64,000 nt of DNA, from the NCBI RefSeq assembly GCF_006345805.1, contig NC_042997.1:83576001-83640000 (forward strand), given 5' to 3'. Numbering within the stretch: position 1 is the first letter of the stretch; each line of letters begins with the position of its first letter. The notes beneath the pieces are model-generated. The model saw only the letters and a program-made list of their open reading frames with translations, had not been told where the DNA came from and searched no databases. The stretch comes from Octopus sinensis. Lineage: Eukaryota. Positions 38,248 to 52,156 of this stretch are shown here, piece by piece. The position numbers and the translations under genes were made by a program.

Positions 38248-39520
38248 AAGAGAGAGTGTGAAACAAAAAGAGAGAAAAAGAGAGCATGAGAAAATAAAGT
38301 TACAGGAAAAAAACAAAGTACAAACAAGTGTGTAAGAATTAGAAAGCAGGTGATGGAGGACGGATGGCAGAAGTGAATGAATGAGTGCAAGAGAGTAAAG
38401 AAAGAGCTATGGAGAAGTAAAAAGCAGTCAAAATTCATTGTTATTCATTTATTTATTTTCTGTTTCCCAACCATTTCCCCATTCTTGCATGAGGAGGGGT
38501 GTCTTTTTTGTTGGTTCCATTGTTTTTCACAGCTGGATACCTTTCAACTGCTAACCACTCAGCTGTGAATTAGGAATGGAATCGTTTTTTATTATCATCA
38601 TCATTATTATTATTATTTTTATTTCTCCCACAATCAGACAAACTGAAACAAGCAGGGTTATGTTACTTTGTTCAGAGACATTAGGCAATGATTGTTATTA
38701 TTTTAGCTCCATGGCTAGCTTTCACTCAATGAACTTATGACCAAAGGCATTCTAGCCATGACCATCCTGTCTTTTTGAACATCAAGGATTACATGACAGC
38801 ATTGCTAAATAAGTCCATCCCCTCATTAATATGGGTATGTGTGATTTGGTTACTGTTTCTAGCATACTGAGTAGTCACATGAAAGCTGATTCATTGGCTT
38901 GTGGTGGTGGTGGTGGTAGCTGTTAGTATTGATGTAAAGCATGAGTTCATCCATCATTGGATAGGCCTAGTTTAAAAATTCACTCCTATTTCTATTAGGC
39001 TGAGCAATCATTCAGAGTAGCAGTCTACAGCAAGGGCTCTGTGCATTGCTGGATTCCATGAGCTATCTTTTATCGGTTACTTGTTTCAATCACTGGACTG
39101 CAGACATGCTGGAACACTGCTGTGAAGGGTTGTAGTTGAAAAAAATCACCTCCAGTATATTTTGTTTTTAAGTCTGGTACTTATTTTATCTTTAGTTGCA
39201 TTGCTAAGTTATGGGAACACAAACAAACCAACACCAGTTGTCAAGTGTTGATGAAGCAAGGAGAGACAAACACAATCACAAAGACACACATATGACATGG
39301 TACCAAACAATTTCCATCAGCCAAATTCATTCATAAAGCTTGTTTGAACCAGGGCTGGGGTAGATGATGCTTGCCAATGTGCCATACAAATGCAAAATAA
39401 GTTTCTTAATTGCTTGGCCATACCTGTGCTTATATTCAAAATTTCAAAAGGTTACGGTATAAACTATATAATTGTATATTTTTTCAAGTAAGGGGAAAAT
39501 GAGTGTTGTTGGTTATTTAA

Positions 39521-39706
39521 TCCTTTAGCATTTAAACCAGCCATATCCAGTTAAAATATTCTACCTGTTTTATGGTCAAACTGGCCATATCTGGCCTCTC
39601 ACACCAACATCACAATTTTATTCTAAAAATTAGCAGTTACCTCTTCAAAATCTCAAAGCTAAGAATAAATAAGTACTACTTATGATTGAATGTGAACACT
39701 AAAGGG
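39521..39706. mobile_element. piggyBac-type MITE, same family as 15756-15976 (opposite orientation)
   Basis: TTAA at 39517-39520 and 39707-39710; tcctttagcattt / cactaaaggg termini. Confidence 0.7.
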
Positions 39707-40089
39707 TTAAATCAGCTTACAAAGACAAAACTTTTAAAGGTTTAGGAACCATGTGAAAATTCATTTAAATAAAAGGGGTCCTAGATAGCAAAATGGTAGG
39801 GAACCACTGATGTAGGGACTCCATCACTGACTTGACAATGATTATAATGAAACTTGAACTTATGATTAAGAAGCCAGTATTCAAATACCATAATCTCACA
39901 GTTATAATCACTAAATAGTTTTTTGATGACACATTATGATAAATAGCAATATGATAAAATAAAAAATATCCTTTTTATCCAGTTTCAGTTTTCAGTACTA
40001 TCTTGCTATAATTTGTGTTATTATTTTTTTTGTATATATATTTCAAAGAATGTGTTTAAATTGCATCTAGTAGTGGGGTGTGGGGTATG

Positions 40090-40640
40090 GTTTAGGAGTT
40101 CCAGGGTCTTGGAGTCTGGAACCACTTCTTAGCCACTATTATTTCACAGGTTTATTCTGACAGGGTCCTAGATATGGGTTAATTAGCAATTCAACCAGGC
40201 AGATGGAGCTTGTTAGCTTGGGAGGATCAAGCCAGCTAGGGGAAGGAAAAACTGATACCAAATCTCTGCTGCCTTCTGACCATACCCAACTATGGGAAAG
40301 ATTTTGAGAGTAAACCCTGAGCTAAAATTGGAAGTTGGAGCCCCTGAGGCAGTTTGATGTTGTCTACAGCCTTTTCCTGTAAACTCCTGTGATGACAATG
40401 GTACCAAACTTTTATAGCTGTGCTGTTCCTTTGGATCCATCAGTGACATGGAAAAGAGGAACATACAGCATGGATGAAAACCTGTTCTTGATACCATACT
40501 GCCAAGTGCTTGGATCCTATGAAACATCCTATACTGGAGAGATAATCACAGACAACACTGTTCCAGTAAGGAAGACAACTAGGACCTTTATCCATGGTCA
40601 TTAGTGACAAATAGGGGCCATAGAGATTTGATAAAATGGT
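40090..40640 (+). mobile_element. Decayed RTE-clade LINE 5'UTR-like fragment
   Basis: ggaaggaaaaactgataccaaatctctgctgcc...tatgggaaag...taaaccctgagctaaaattggaagttggagcccctgaggcagt...aactcctgtgatg...ttcctttggatccatcag, recognised from memory as RTE 5' sequence; shares a motif with the Ceph-type SINE at 9211. Confidence 0.6.
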
Positions 40641-41217
40641 ACTGGAATATATGCAGTCAATATTTCAAAATCAGATAAGGCGGCAAGCTGGCAGAATTGT
40701 TAGCATGCCAGGCATTTTGTCTGTCTTTACATTAAGGCCCTTGGCCATACTAGCTTCTGTCAAACTGTCCAACCCACGCCGGCATGGAAAACAGATAGAC
40801 ATTAAATGATGATGATGATGGTGATATATAAATATAAGGATATTATTGTAAACAATAATAACCTTATATATATATTCTTATAATTTATTATTCACTTCAA
40901 TCACCTTTTTAAATTTGCTGCGGCATTAAAAATGGTCATCATGAACATTGTTGAGATGGGCAGTTTCTATGACCCTCAGGTCAGTAAGATTCGCTGATGA
41001 GAACTAAATGGCATTTTCACAAAGTTTGAAATTGTGATGATACAGGTATGTCTGGCTTTTCAATTTACAATTCTTTTCATTATTGGTGCAGGGGCTTAGA
41101 ATTTCTGCTCATTCCTCCAATTTCAGCGAAAATTTGCAGTTGTAGTTGTCTTCTGACTGCTACTTTTAATGTGCTGGTACTACTTGTAGCACCCTTAATT
41201 ATTAATTAATATATATA

Positions 41218-42410
41218 TGAGGTTATATCAAAAGTTTCTGAATTAGTTATGTTTAATAAAAAATCATTTATTTATCTAAGTTTTAACATCATCTCCTTGA
41301 AATACTCCCCTTGTGCAGCAATACACTGGTTTCAGTATTCTTGCCACTTTTGGAATCTGGCCTGGAAGTCATTTTTTGTAAGTGAGTGGAAGACCTTCAA
41401 TGATTCATTCTTGATCTTGACAACAGTGTTAAAATGGTGATGTCTGAGCTGCGTTTTCATTTTGGGGAAGAGATGGAAGTCTGCAAGAACTAAATGTGGC
41501 GAATAGGGCGGGTGTGGAAGAGATACCATGTTGCTTTTGGTGAGAAACTCATGAGGGAGGAAAGCTCAGTGACAGGGTGCATTGTTGTTGTGAAGAATCC
41601 AATTTTTGGGGTCCCACAGATCCAGTTGTTTTTGATGAATGTCCTCCTCCAAAATGTCATAGCAGAACTCTTGATTGACGGTCTGGCCCTGGGGGGATGA
41701 ATTCTCAATGCACAATACTGTGTATGCCACAAAAAACGATGAGCATGCTCTTGATTAAGCTGTGGCTCTGTCATGCCTTCTTCCATTGTGGACAACTGCT
41801 GCTTCATCTCAAGGTTGTACCCATAGACCCAACTCTTGTCACCGGTGATAATCCTCAACATGAAGGATGGGTAATCAGCAGCATACTGATAGAGATCTCG
41901 ACAGACTTTGACTCAATGTTCTTTCTGTTCATTGGTCAGCAGGTGGGGGTCAAACTTGGCAGAGATATACTGCATGTTCAATTCAAAGGTTAAGATTGCC
42001 TGCACAATTTGATGATTGTCTTTGATTGTCCTCTGACAATCCTCATGCACAAGCTGATGAATTTTCTCCACATTTTTGGGAGTGATGCTCATGGCAGGTC
42101 TTCCAGATCGCTCATTGTCTTCAAGGGACATTCTTCCACTTTTGAAGTGCCCGTGCCACTTAAAACATTGTGTATGACACATTGTCTTGTCACTGTAAGC
42201 TTGCCAAAGCATATTCAATGTCTCAGTAGCAGACTTCTCAAGTTTAACACAAAATTTCATATTGGCTTTTTGTTCCTGTCTATAACAAAATCACTGACTA
42301 CAGCATACACATGATCACAAAAACACAAATTTCACAACTTGCAAAGCAAGCAGTGATGTCACTTGGCACACTGCCTCATGAAGATCACTGCTAGCTCTCA
42401 CTGCACATGC
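41218..42410 (-). mobile_element. Decayed near-full-length mariner transposon
   Basis: Frameshifted ORFs 41913-42260 (KFCVKLEKSATET...ERSGRP), 41490-41861 (IITGDKSWVYGY), 41332-41529 (HPPYSPHLVLADFHLFPKMK); TA plus TIR-like end at 41216-41245. Confidence 0.9.
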
Positions 42411-43069
42411 AACTTTCAGTTTCTGTTTACCAGGTCCACTCACAAAGTTTTGATTGGCTCTGGGCTATAGTAGAAGACACTTGCCCAAGGAGCCATTCAG
42501 TGGGACTGAGCCTGGAAACACGTAGTTGGGAAGTAAGCTTCTTACCACACAACCACACCTTTGAATTGAACCCCCTAAAACATGAAAAACCATGTTAGGT
42601 CTGCTAGTATTTGAACTTGGAATGTAACAAGACCATAACTATCTACTGTAAGTCACTGACCGACTCTTAGCATATCATTCAATATTTTTTTCTCTTTCAC
42701 TGGGTAACCCTGTAATTAAGATGGAAAAAGCCAATTGTGAAAGGTTTATACTTATATGCATATATGAGTCTATATGGCTGTGCATGTATGTGTGTGTGTG
42801 TGTGTGAGTGATTTTAACATGCTAATTAACTGAAATGAACTTTTAAAAAATAAAGAAACTTGAATGATGATGTTGATGGAAATGACATTTTACTCTAAGT
42901 TAGTGGTGTATCAAGACAGTTTTCCTCTTCTTATTTTGTCTTTTCTGTTTTCTTTCTCCCTTCTTTTTTCCCTTTTCTTCAAATCTGCAATTTATTATAC
43001 ACTTCTGGGTCCAACTCTTTCCCATAAAAATATAAGCTTGGTTGGGTGGCAGAAGGATAAAACATAGGA

Positions 43070-43790
43070 GGTTGTAGAAGTGTGTGAAAACAGCAAGGAT
43101 TTGAAAACGTCAGGTGGTGGGAGTGATGTTAATGAAAGCAAGTGTGAAAACATGATGCTGGTGGTGTGACAGTAATGAACAAACATGAAGCAGTAGTGGC
43201 AGTGGTGACAGCAGTAGAAAAACAAGTGATGATGGTGGTGATGGTGATAATAGTGTGAAAACATGTGGTGATGATAGTGATGATAGATGTGTAAAAGCAC
43301 AGTAGTGGGGATTTTAATAGCAGTATACAAACATGAATGATGGTATCGGTGGTCATGGTAAGAGTGCTATGAAAATATGTGGTGATAGTAGTGGTGATGA
43401 TTATAGTATGAGAACAATTAGTGGTTGTGTTGGTGATGATAGTAATGTGAAAAACATGTGGCTGTTGCAGTATTGGTGATACTAACATGAAAACATGTTA
43501 AAGGTAATTTTGAAGTTGGTAATAGTAGTAAGAAACCATGGGGCAATGGAGGTGGTGTTGATAGTAAGAAAACATGTGGTGGTGGTGGTATTAGTGGAGG
43601 GAAAACATGTGGTGGTGGTGGTGATGTTAGTGGTGAGTAAGCAAAAGTGGTGGTGGTGATGATGTTGAGTTGTTTGAAAACATGTAGAAATGATAGTATT
43701 AGTGGTGAGAAAACATGTGGTTGTTGTGGTGGTGAGATGTTGTGTGAAAACATATCATGATGAAAATATGTGGTAAAGGTATTAATTGTG
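43070..43790. repeat. Degenerate tandem repeat built on gaaaacatgtggtggtg units
   Basis: aaaacatg recurs more than 12 times with (GGT/GAT)n linkers. Confidence 0.7.
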
Positions 43791-44879
43791 TGGTGTGACA
43801 ACATGGGGGTTTATATATTAAGGGAAGACAAAAACAACATTTCAATATTAGTAGAGGGAAAACAAATGAACATCTATATTTATTATTTTGGTTATGGTGG
43901 AAAAGAAAAACAAAATTCCATGCAACATTTTTTTGCATTCCTTTATATATTCATGAGTTCAAACCCAGCCAATGTTGTTCTACATACTTCTGGGAGTTTG
44001 ATAAAATAAATTTCAGTCATTGGTTGGATTGAGCTGGCTATATCAACCTTCCAAATCTCTGGTTCTAGTCCTGTTAGAGTACTAGGGATTCCATAATCAT
44101 ATATAGCCATGAAGTATGAACACAGTCTAATGATCAAACCATTAAAAGAATATGGTGTATACAAAACTATAGAGTAACCCATCAGATTAATGTAAAATTG
44201 TTTCGGTTGTTAGGAAGGGCATCCAGTTCTAAAAACCATGTCAAAACAGACACTGAAGCCTGGTGCAGTTTTTTGCCTAGCCAGCTCCTGTCAAACTGTC
44301 CAACCCATGCCAACATGGAAATCAGACGTTAAATGACAACAGTGGTGATGATGATATATATCTTACTTCCCAACCATGTGGTTTTGGATTCTGTCCCAAT
44401 GCAAATGTTTTCTACTGTAACCCTGAGCTGATGAAAGCCTTGTGACTAGATTTGGTTGAATGAAACTGAAAGAAGTCTATCACCCAGCACACTCAGTAAG
44501 TTGGAAGGGCACCCAGCAATACAAACCAGGCTAAATCAAACAGGAACCTGGTGCAGCTTTCTTGCTTGCCAGCATGGAAAACTGATGTTAAAGGATGATG
44601 ATGATATGTATATAAATGAATGTATATTAATGTGTATGTGTGTGTATGCATGTATGCAACCATGCCTGGATATCATGTGACAACTGTAAATTAGCATCAT
44701 TGTCATTCAAGTGAGGTTGTTCATTTCCAGTGTTTCATGAAAAACATGACAAGTAATGGGAAAATATTATTTTGCTTGGAAACAGTTGAGGATTGGCAAC
44801 AGGAAGGGCAGCTGGACATAGAAATTTTGCATCAACAATTTCTGTCTGATTCATGCAAGCATGGAATAGTTGACATTAA

Positions 44880-44912
<33 letters not shown>

Positions 44913-46224
44913 GATCAACAGGTGATAACACAATAAAAAAAAGAAGAAAATTCAATAGCTGTGTGAAGTATTTACATAGATCTCCAAACAAACAACACAC
45001 ACACACACAACCGTATATGTGCAAACAGTTACACATTTATATAAATAAAAGAACAAATAACCAGAAAATATTGCAGGCTGCACATAATTTCTATGGGATT
45101 AAGAATATAAGTTTCATATACTTACTTATAGAGGTACAAAAACACAGCACTGACAACACTAAACATCAGCACCTACAAATAGAATGCAAAAAAAAACATG
45201 TTAAATATATATATATATATATAATATATATATATATGATGTAATTCTCAAATAAACATCAAAAAAGCACAGTTCAATAAAGGATTCAATACATTATATA
45301 TGCAGAGGGTGTATTTTTTTTTTAATCAAAGAAGTATGGCTTTATAGGGATGTCACTGTTTCAATAGATATTATATCTCATCACACAGGTCAGAAATAAA
45401 TGTCGTAAATTCATAACATGAATATATATATAGGCAAAAAAAAGAAAAGGTAGAGTAATAGACCATATATTCACATTCCTTGAGGAAAAGACAGAAAGAT
45501 AAAAATAAAAAAAAAAAATTATAGAAATATATTGAAGGAAACATTCAGAAAAAAAATGCATCTTCTATCTTGTCTTTTTACTGGTTTCAGCCATTGAATT
45601 GTGGCCATGCTGGGGCACCACCCTGGAAGGTCTAGTCAAACAAATTGACTCTAGTAGTTGCTATTTTAAACCTGGTAGTTATTCTACTGGTCTCTCTTGC
45701 CAAACCATTAACTTACAGTGATGTAAATAAACCAACACCAGTTGTCAAGTAGTAGTTGGGGACAAACACAACCACAAATATATGCATACATGGTTTTGAC
45801 GTATGAGGATCTGGTCAGTGCAGGTGGTACCTTTGCAGCCGCTTTTCTCCTTTGCTTTGCAGCCCTTAGCCTGTTAACACTGGTTGAAACAAAGTCTCTT
45901 GTACCATTTTGACATGATGATCTCCATTTTGCTTGTTCCAAGGCTGTTGTGAGCTATATTGACTGTTGAGAGGTTACTCTTCAGCTTGTCCTTATATTTT
46001 AGCCATGGTTGACCAATATTCCTGTGCATGTGGCATGTAAAAAGCACCGTTTGAGCGTGGTCAATGCCAGTGCTGCCTAGTTAGCCCCCATGCCGGTGGC
46101 ACATAAAAAGCACCCACTACACTCTCAGAGTGGTTGGCATTAGGCAGGGCATCCAGCTGTAGAAACCTTGCCAGAACAGATTGGAGCCTGGTGCAGCCTC
46201 CTGGCTTGCCAGTCCTCAGTTCTG

Positions 46225-47095
46225 TCACTGCTGAAGTGCTGAAAGCTGCATTTGAGGAAAACACAAAACCAACTGTACAAGAACTAGCAAAACAGTTTGA
46301 TTCAAGTCACACTTTGATCAGAAAACACCTTCATAAGTTAGGAAATGTGTCTAAAGTTGATCAGTGGATCCCTCATATTTCTGGCTGCTTCTTATCTTAT
46401 TGGAAAACATGCCCTCTGCTTGACATTGAAAAGCAGACTGGTCACCAAATCTTTCTTGGGAAGAGTAGTTCCAAGTGATGGAAAATGGATTCTTTGTAAT
46501 CATATCTGATGAAAGCAACAATGGTTAGTACTCTATGAAAAAGGAGAAGCTATTCTCAAACCAGGACTACACCAGAAAAAATATTATTCCCTGTGTTTTG
46601 TTAGATATGAAGAATGTTATCTGCCATGAAGTGTTAAACCAAAGAAAAACAGTATTGTCACCAATTGGAAGCACTGGCAAAAATTTGATGCGAAAATGCC
46701 CATCATTGGTCAATAGCAAAAGGAAATGCAAGACCATATATTGCCCATATCACTTAGGAAGATAATATGACACTAAACATAGAGGTTTTTGCCTCATCTT
46801 TGTAACTCTCCTGACCTTGCTCTATCTGACTATTATCTTTTGAGATCATTGCAACATTATTTAGAAACAAAAAAGTTTATTCACTGTGAAAAGGTTAAAA
46901 ATGATATTGAGTGTTTCTTTGCTTTGAAACCAGAAGCATTTTATGCCTGAGGGATCAACAATTTGTCATATACATGAGATTATATTACCAATAATAAAGG
47001 GAAATATTATCTTCGTTAAATACAACAATTAAGACTAAAGAAGAATTTGTTTGTTTCCCAGCATGAAACGCAACATGACTTTCTTTCCAACCATA
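46225..47095 (+). mobile_element. 5'-truncated decayed mariner
   Basis: VLKAAFEENTKPTVQELAKQFDSSHTLIRKHLHKLGNVSKVDQWIPH (WVPHEL-like motif); downstream ctccctgaccttgctctatctgac-like PDLA.SD remnant; 3' end gactttctttccaaccatata. Confidence 0.8.
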
Positions 47096-47311
47096 TATAT
47101 ATATCCACAAAGCGAAAGTGATGTAAATTGAGATTAGGTGAAGATTGCTATAAAACAAATGAAAACAAGTTCATATGAGTAAGCTATAAAAAAAATTACT
47201 GAATGTATTAGGTAGAAAATTGCATATAAAAAGTATTATTAAAAGTGATAAAAATATGAATTGCTCATATCCAAATTATAATAATAATACCTCTATGTAT
47301 CATAGAGTTCC

Positions 47312-49161
47312 AGAACTATATAGTCGTTACATTGACAACATTATCGGTGCCACCTCACTCTCCCGTGAACATCTAGATTCCTTCCTCTCTTTCGTTCAAT
47401 CCTTCCATCCTGCCCTCCACTTCACCTCCACTATCTCCAACACCTCTGTCTCCTTCCTCGACATTTCAGTCAGCATTCATCACTCCACTCTTACCACCTC
47501 CATTTACTACAAACACACAGACTCACACTCATACCTAAACTTCTCTCCCTCCCACCCCAAACACATCAAGCTTTCCATCCCCTATTCCTCCGTCTACGTA
47601 GGCTCTGTAGTGATGACCATGACTTTGAGACTCAGTCTCAACTCATGGCTCGCCACTTCATCCTATGTGGATACCCCCTCACCACTATCCACACCGCCCT
47701 TGCCAGAGCATGTTCCGTAGACTGTGCATCTGCTCTCTCCCCCCCGAACCCGCCCTGTAGTCTCCCGCCTCCCTTTTCCCCTCACTTACCACCCCACGAC
47801 CCTACCTCTCCAACGCACCATTCTTCGAGCTTTCCGGCATCTCCAGTCCGATCCGTCCACTTCACACCTCTTCCCTAACCGACCTCACCCCTCCTTCAAA
47901 CGAGCCCATAACCTACGAGACCTCTTGGTCCACAGCTCCTTCCCTGACCCTACCTCCCAACCTGGCTCGTTCCCCTGCTCCCGCCCACGTTGCCGCACTT
48001 GCCCTTACCTCTCCAACACCACCCTCCTCACTGGCACCCATCATCAACCCTATCGCATCATCAACTCCTTCACCTGCACCTCCAGCAATATCATCTATTG
48101 CATCTCCTGCTCTCTCTGTCATTCCCTGTACATCGGACAAACGGGACGCCGCTTGGCTGACCGGTTCGCGGAACACCTCTGTGACATCCGCCTTGCCAAT
48201 GACACACCGGTCTCATGCCACTTCTGCTCCACCGGTCACTCCTTGCAACACCTGTCTGTGTTCGGATTGTCCTTGCACAGAGGCCATCTGGATTCCCGTT
48301 TGCGCCGTGAACAGGAATTAATCTTCTCTCTTCGCTCTTTTACGCCATTTGGTCTCAACTCTCCCCACCTTCTCATCTAACCTCCCCCCGACTCCTACTT
48401 CTCTTCAGTCCTTCATCTTTTCACCCCTACTCTCTTTTCCTCCTCTTCTTTCCTGTTTCTTCTTCCCTCTTCCCCTTCTCTCTGCTCTCTCACTCCCTTT
48501 CTCTCCCCCCCTCCTCCTATCCCCTCCTTTCCCATCCCCCTCCTCTTATCCTATCCTTCCTTCTCCCCCCCTCACCCTCTCCGTCCCCCTTCCCTCTCCT
48601 TCCTTCCTTCTTCCCCCCTCACCCCCCATCTCATCTCCTCTCTCCTCCCCTCTCCCCCTTTCACTCTCCCCACAACCCCCACTCTAAACCAACCCCCAGC
48701 CAAACCCACACCCCACATGAACTTTCCCCACCTCCCCACATCACACTACACTACACCATACGACACTACACTACACCATACGACATTACACATCACATCA
48801 TACACGTCCAGACCTTTCATACGCACATACATACTCTCTCATACACACACGCACCCTTATGTTGGGGCGAGGTCATTTGACCCTGTTATCTCCCCTACTA
48901 TCCCTCTTGCGTATAACGTCTGATCTCTGACTTCTGGCCGAAATCAGACCGCCATGTTGAATCGTTAGCTCCTGCACGCATTTTTTTTCTCTCCTTGTTT
49001 CTCTCCGTGTTTCTTTTCTGTGTATCTTTCTGTTGAAGAGCATAGGCTCGAAACGTAAAAGACTTATTTTGTTTCTATTCCTGAGCGCCATACTAATACA
49101 ATTGTTTGTTTGTACTCCACCTGCCTTCGTCTTTTGTTTATTTTCGTAAAGCTTCCCGTTA
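47312..49161 (+). mobile_element. 5'-truncated Penelope-like retroelement (RT C-terminus + GIY-YIG endonuclease + terminal repeat), frameshifted
   Basis: RYIDNIIG (YxDD-like), FLDI, YYKHTDSHSYL; CSRPRCRTCPY and FTCTSSNIIYCISC...LYIGQTGRRL..RFAEH (GIY-YIG with CCHH linker); C-rich 3' region; ends gcttcccgtta-(TA)n. Confidence 0.92.
49025..49062 (+). ncRNA. Minimal type-I hammerhead-like motif in the Penelope terminal repeat (core CUGUUGA, GUA site)
   Basis: TCTTT-CTGTTGA-A-GAGC-atag-GCTC-GAAAC-GTA-AAAGA; palindromic ACGT stem III. Confidence 0.7.
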
Positions 49162-51253
49162 TATATATATATATACATATACATACATACATACATACAT
49201 ATATGTGTGTGTAGGCAATTATGCGGATAAACAGATTCAATATAACAGCTTGGGTTTGATATACAAAATATGTGTTTATATGTAAAACAGAAAAAAAGCA
49301 AAGACTGAAGATTTTCAGATGAGGAATATTTATATATAAACATAGATATTTATATATCAATAGATCAAACTTATACATGGTACAAACGATAAAGAAATTT
49401 AAAGGGGGGGGGGTAATGTGTTACAAATCCAACAGCTGTTTCTGGAGGCTCAGAGATCCATCATAATGTTGGTAGACGTAGTTCACCAAAATTTGCAGTC
49501 AGTAAAGGAAGCAAATAAACATTGGATAAATTAAGCCTACGTCATCAGGATAGAAACAAATTCTTACATTTCAGATCATGATGCAGGTAAGTTTAAAGGT
49601 GAAATACACACACATATGTATAAATATGTGTGTGTATTCATATATATATGTGCATTTGTGTGTGTGTTTGTGTGTCTATATGTGTAAGTGTACCTGCATA
49701 AAGATACTGCTTTATTTTTAAATAGTATCTTTGTGTAAGAATATGTGTAAACACTATGCACTTGTCTCTGTGCATAATATGTGTATATATATAATGTTTT
49801 TAATTTAGATATAAACTGATGTTTTCTTCATATCTAAATGCAAGAAACATTAATAAACAAAGAATAACTCAATATATGGTGTAAAGTTAAGGTAGCAAGC
49901 TGACAGAAATGTTAGCATGCTGGGTTCAAATTCCACCAAGGTTGATTTTGCCTTTCATCTTCTGGGGTCAATAAAAGAACTACCAGTTGAGTGCTGGGGG
50001 TTGATGTAATTGACTTATCCTCACTCCAAAATTGCTGGTCTTGCGCCAAAACTTGGAATCAATATAAGAAAGTGGTTGATTGTGAATCCCTGTTTCTGCT
50101 GAAGATACTGACTAAAACTGATAAACCTGCCAGGTGAAACTTTTTTTATAAAATATGTGTAGGAAGAATGTGCGGTGGTAAAAAGCTTGCTTTGGAATCA
50201 CATGGTTTTCAGTTCAATCCTACAGTATTGCTTCTGGGGCAAGTGAATCCTGCCACAGTCACGGGTCAACCAAACCCTTGTAAGTGGATTTGGTTGACAG
50301 AAACTGAAAAAAAGCCCATTGTAAACATACACAAATACATGCATGTATGTAAGTGTATGTGTCTTAGTATTTACTTGTGTTCCCACCACTTGACAACAGG
50401 TGTTGATTTGTTTACATCCACATAACTTAGCAGTCTGGCAAAAAGACTTACAAAATGTGCTGGACTTGAAACAAAAAAGTACTAGTGGTTGATTTGTTTG
50501 ACTAAACCCCTTTAAGGGTTATATATATGTATATATTTATTATTCTTATACAGTAATGTTGTTGATAGTGACTTCAAAATTTCAACCAGCTAAGCGATCA
50601 TCAAATTGTAAAATTTCTTTTGTTATAAATGAAAGTAAAAACAAGCATTTATATGTATGTTTCTGCAAAATAGGAGCAGCTTATCCTGTTCAGGCTATAC
50701 TATTATATATATATATATATGTATGTATTTATGTATACACACACTCACACATGTATGTTTACTGGTCTCAGTATATATGAAGTAGGGTTAACAAGGTTTG
50801 CCACTGTCATTATTTTACTCTCCCAACTCCATTATTTTCATTACCATCCTTACCAGCTGTATTCTTCGGGTGCTGTTTTTACAAGATACAAAAGAAAGCA
50901 ATGCAATCATGAAGGGAGTTAAAACAACTTGCAAAAAGAATCGTGTATTTGTTTACTTGCCCTTCCTTCTTCTCTCTCATGTAGAACAGACAACATGCAT
51001 TTCACTGTTGGAAACAGCAGAAACACTATATAATAGATAGGTGTTTTAAGTATTTTACCACCACCACTACCACCAAATTTATGACACTCAACAACAAGCA
51101 TTAAACACTGTGACTATCACCACAGACAACTGGCACTACTACTGCTATGCTCTCGGTTATTATTGTGACTTTCCACATTGGTATCTTCTCAACCAATTCT
51201 TTGGTCTATCCTCACACCAAATATATGTGTGTGTGTGTGTGTGTATATATATA

Positions 51254-52116
51254 TCTCTATTTATGAAACTGAAATGCAAAAAGTTTGTTTGTTTGTTTGT
51301 CTGGTTTTGGCATTGAGAACGGGTTAAAGGCCACTAGATCCTGTCGGATTGACTCCAAAATAGAAATCCCTATCTTAAAAGGTGTCGTTGCTAGGGCCAA
51401 AAACGCACTTTGACAAGTCTACTCTCATTCTTTTATATATCTGTCTTCCTCCGTCACTTATTCTCTTTCCTCCCTGCCCATCACTTTCTATATATAACGT
51501 CGTTTAACAGCGTCTAACTCACTCATTCTCTTTCCTCCCTTCCCATCACTTTCTATATATAACGTTGTCTAACAGCGTCTAACTCCCCTTCACTTTCCCT
51601 TTATAATGTTGTGTCACGGCATTCTATATCTCCCCCTCCTCCCTGCCTTCCACAGCGCTTTCACACACTCTCTCTCTTTACGTCTGTCTGCATTCATAGA
51701 GAGAATTATCATCGCCACCACCACCACACAATCATGAGAACAAATATTATGAATCAGATATTTATTGGGTTAATTTATATATGTGTGTGTATGTGTTCTA
51801 TATATAAATATGTATATGTAATGTATATATACAAAGTGTATATATCTGTATTTATGTATATTAAACTTTTTCATACTTTTTGATAGTTATATATATTTTT
51901 TTAAAAATTATAAATATAAATTAATAATTTTAATTTTAAATTTAAATAATTTAAATTTTTCAATTTTATATTTTATATATTTTGTATATTATATTTTTAT
52001 TTTTATGCTTTGGTTTATGTTTTTCACAGTTTGATTTGCCTATTAGTGGTTTTATCTCCAATTTAATTTATACATACATATATATAATTTGTATACATTT
52101 GTATATATAATGCGTG

Positions 52117-52156
<40 letters not shown>

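Noticed and set aside
42995-43938. His/Thr/Pro-rich ORFs of 80-128 aa
   Set aside because: They come from a degenerate gaaaacatgtggtggt tandem repeat and are open in several frames, with no splice or codon evidence.
48349-48720. Pro/Ser/Leu-rich ORF
   Set aside because: Polypyrimidine 3' region of the Penelope element downstream of the real stop codon.
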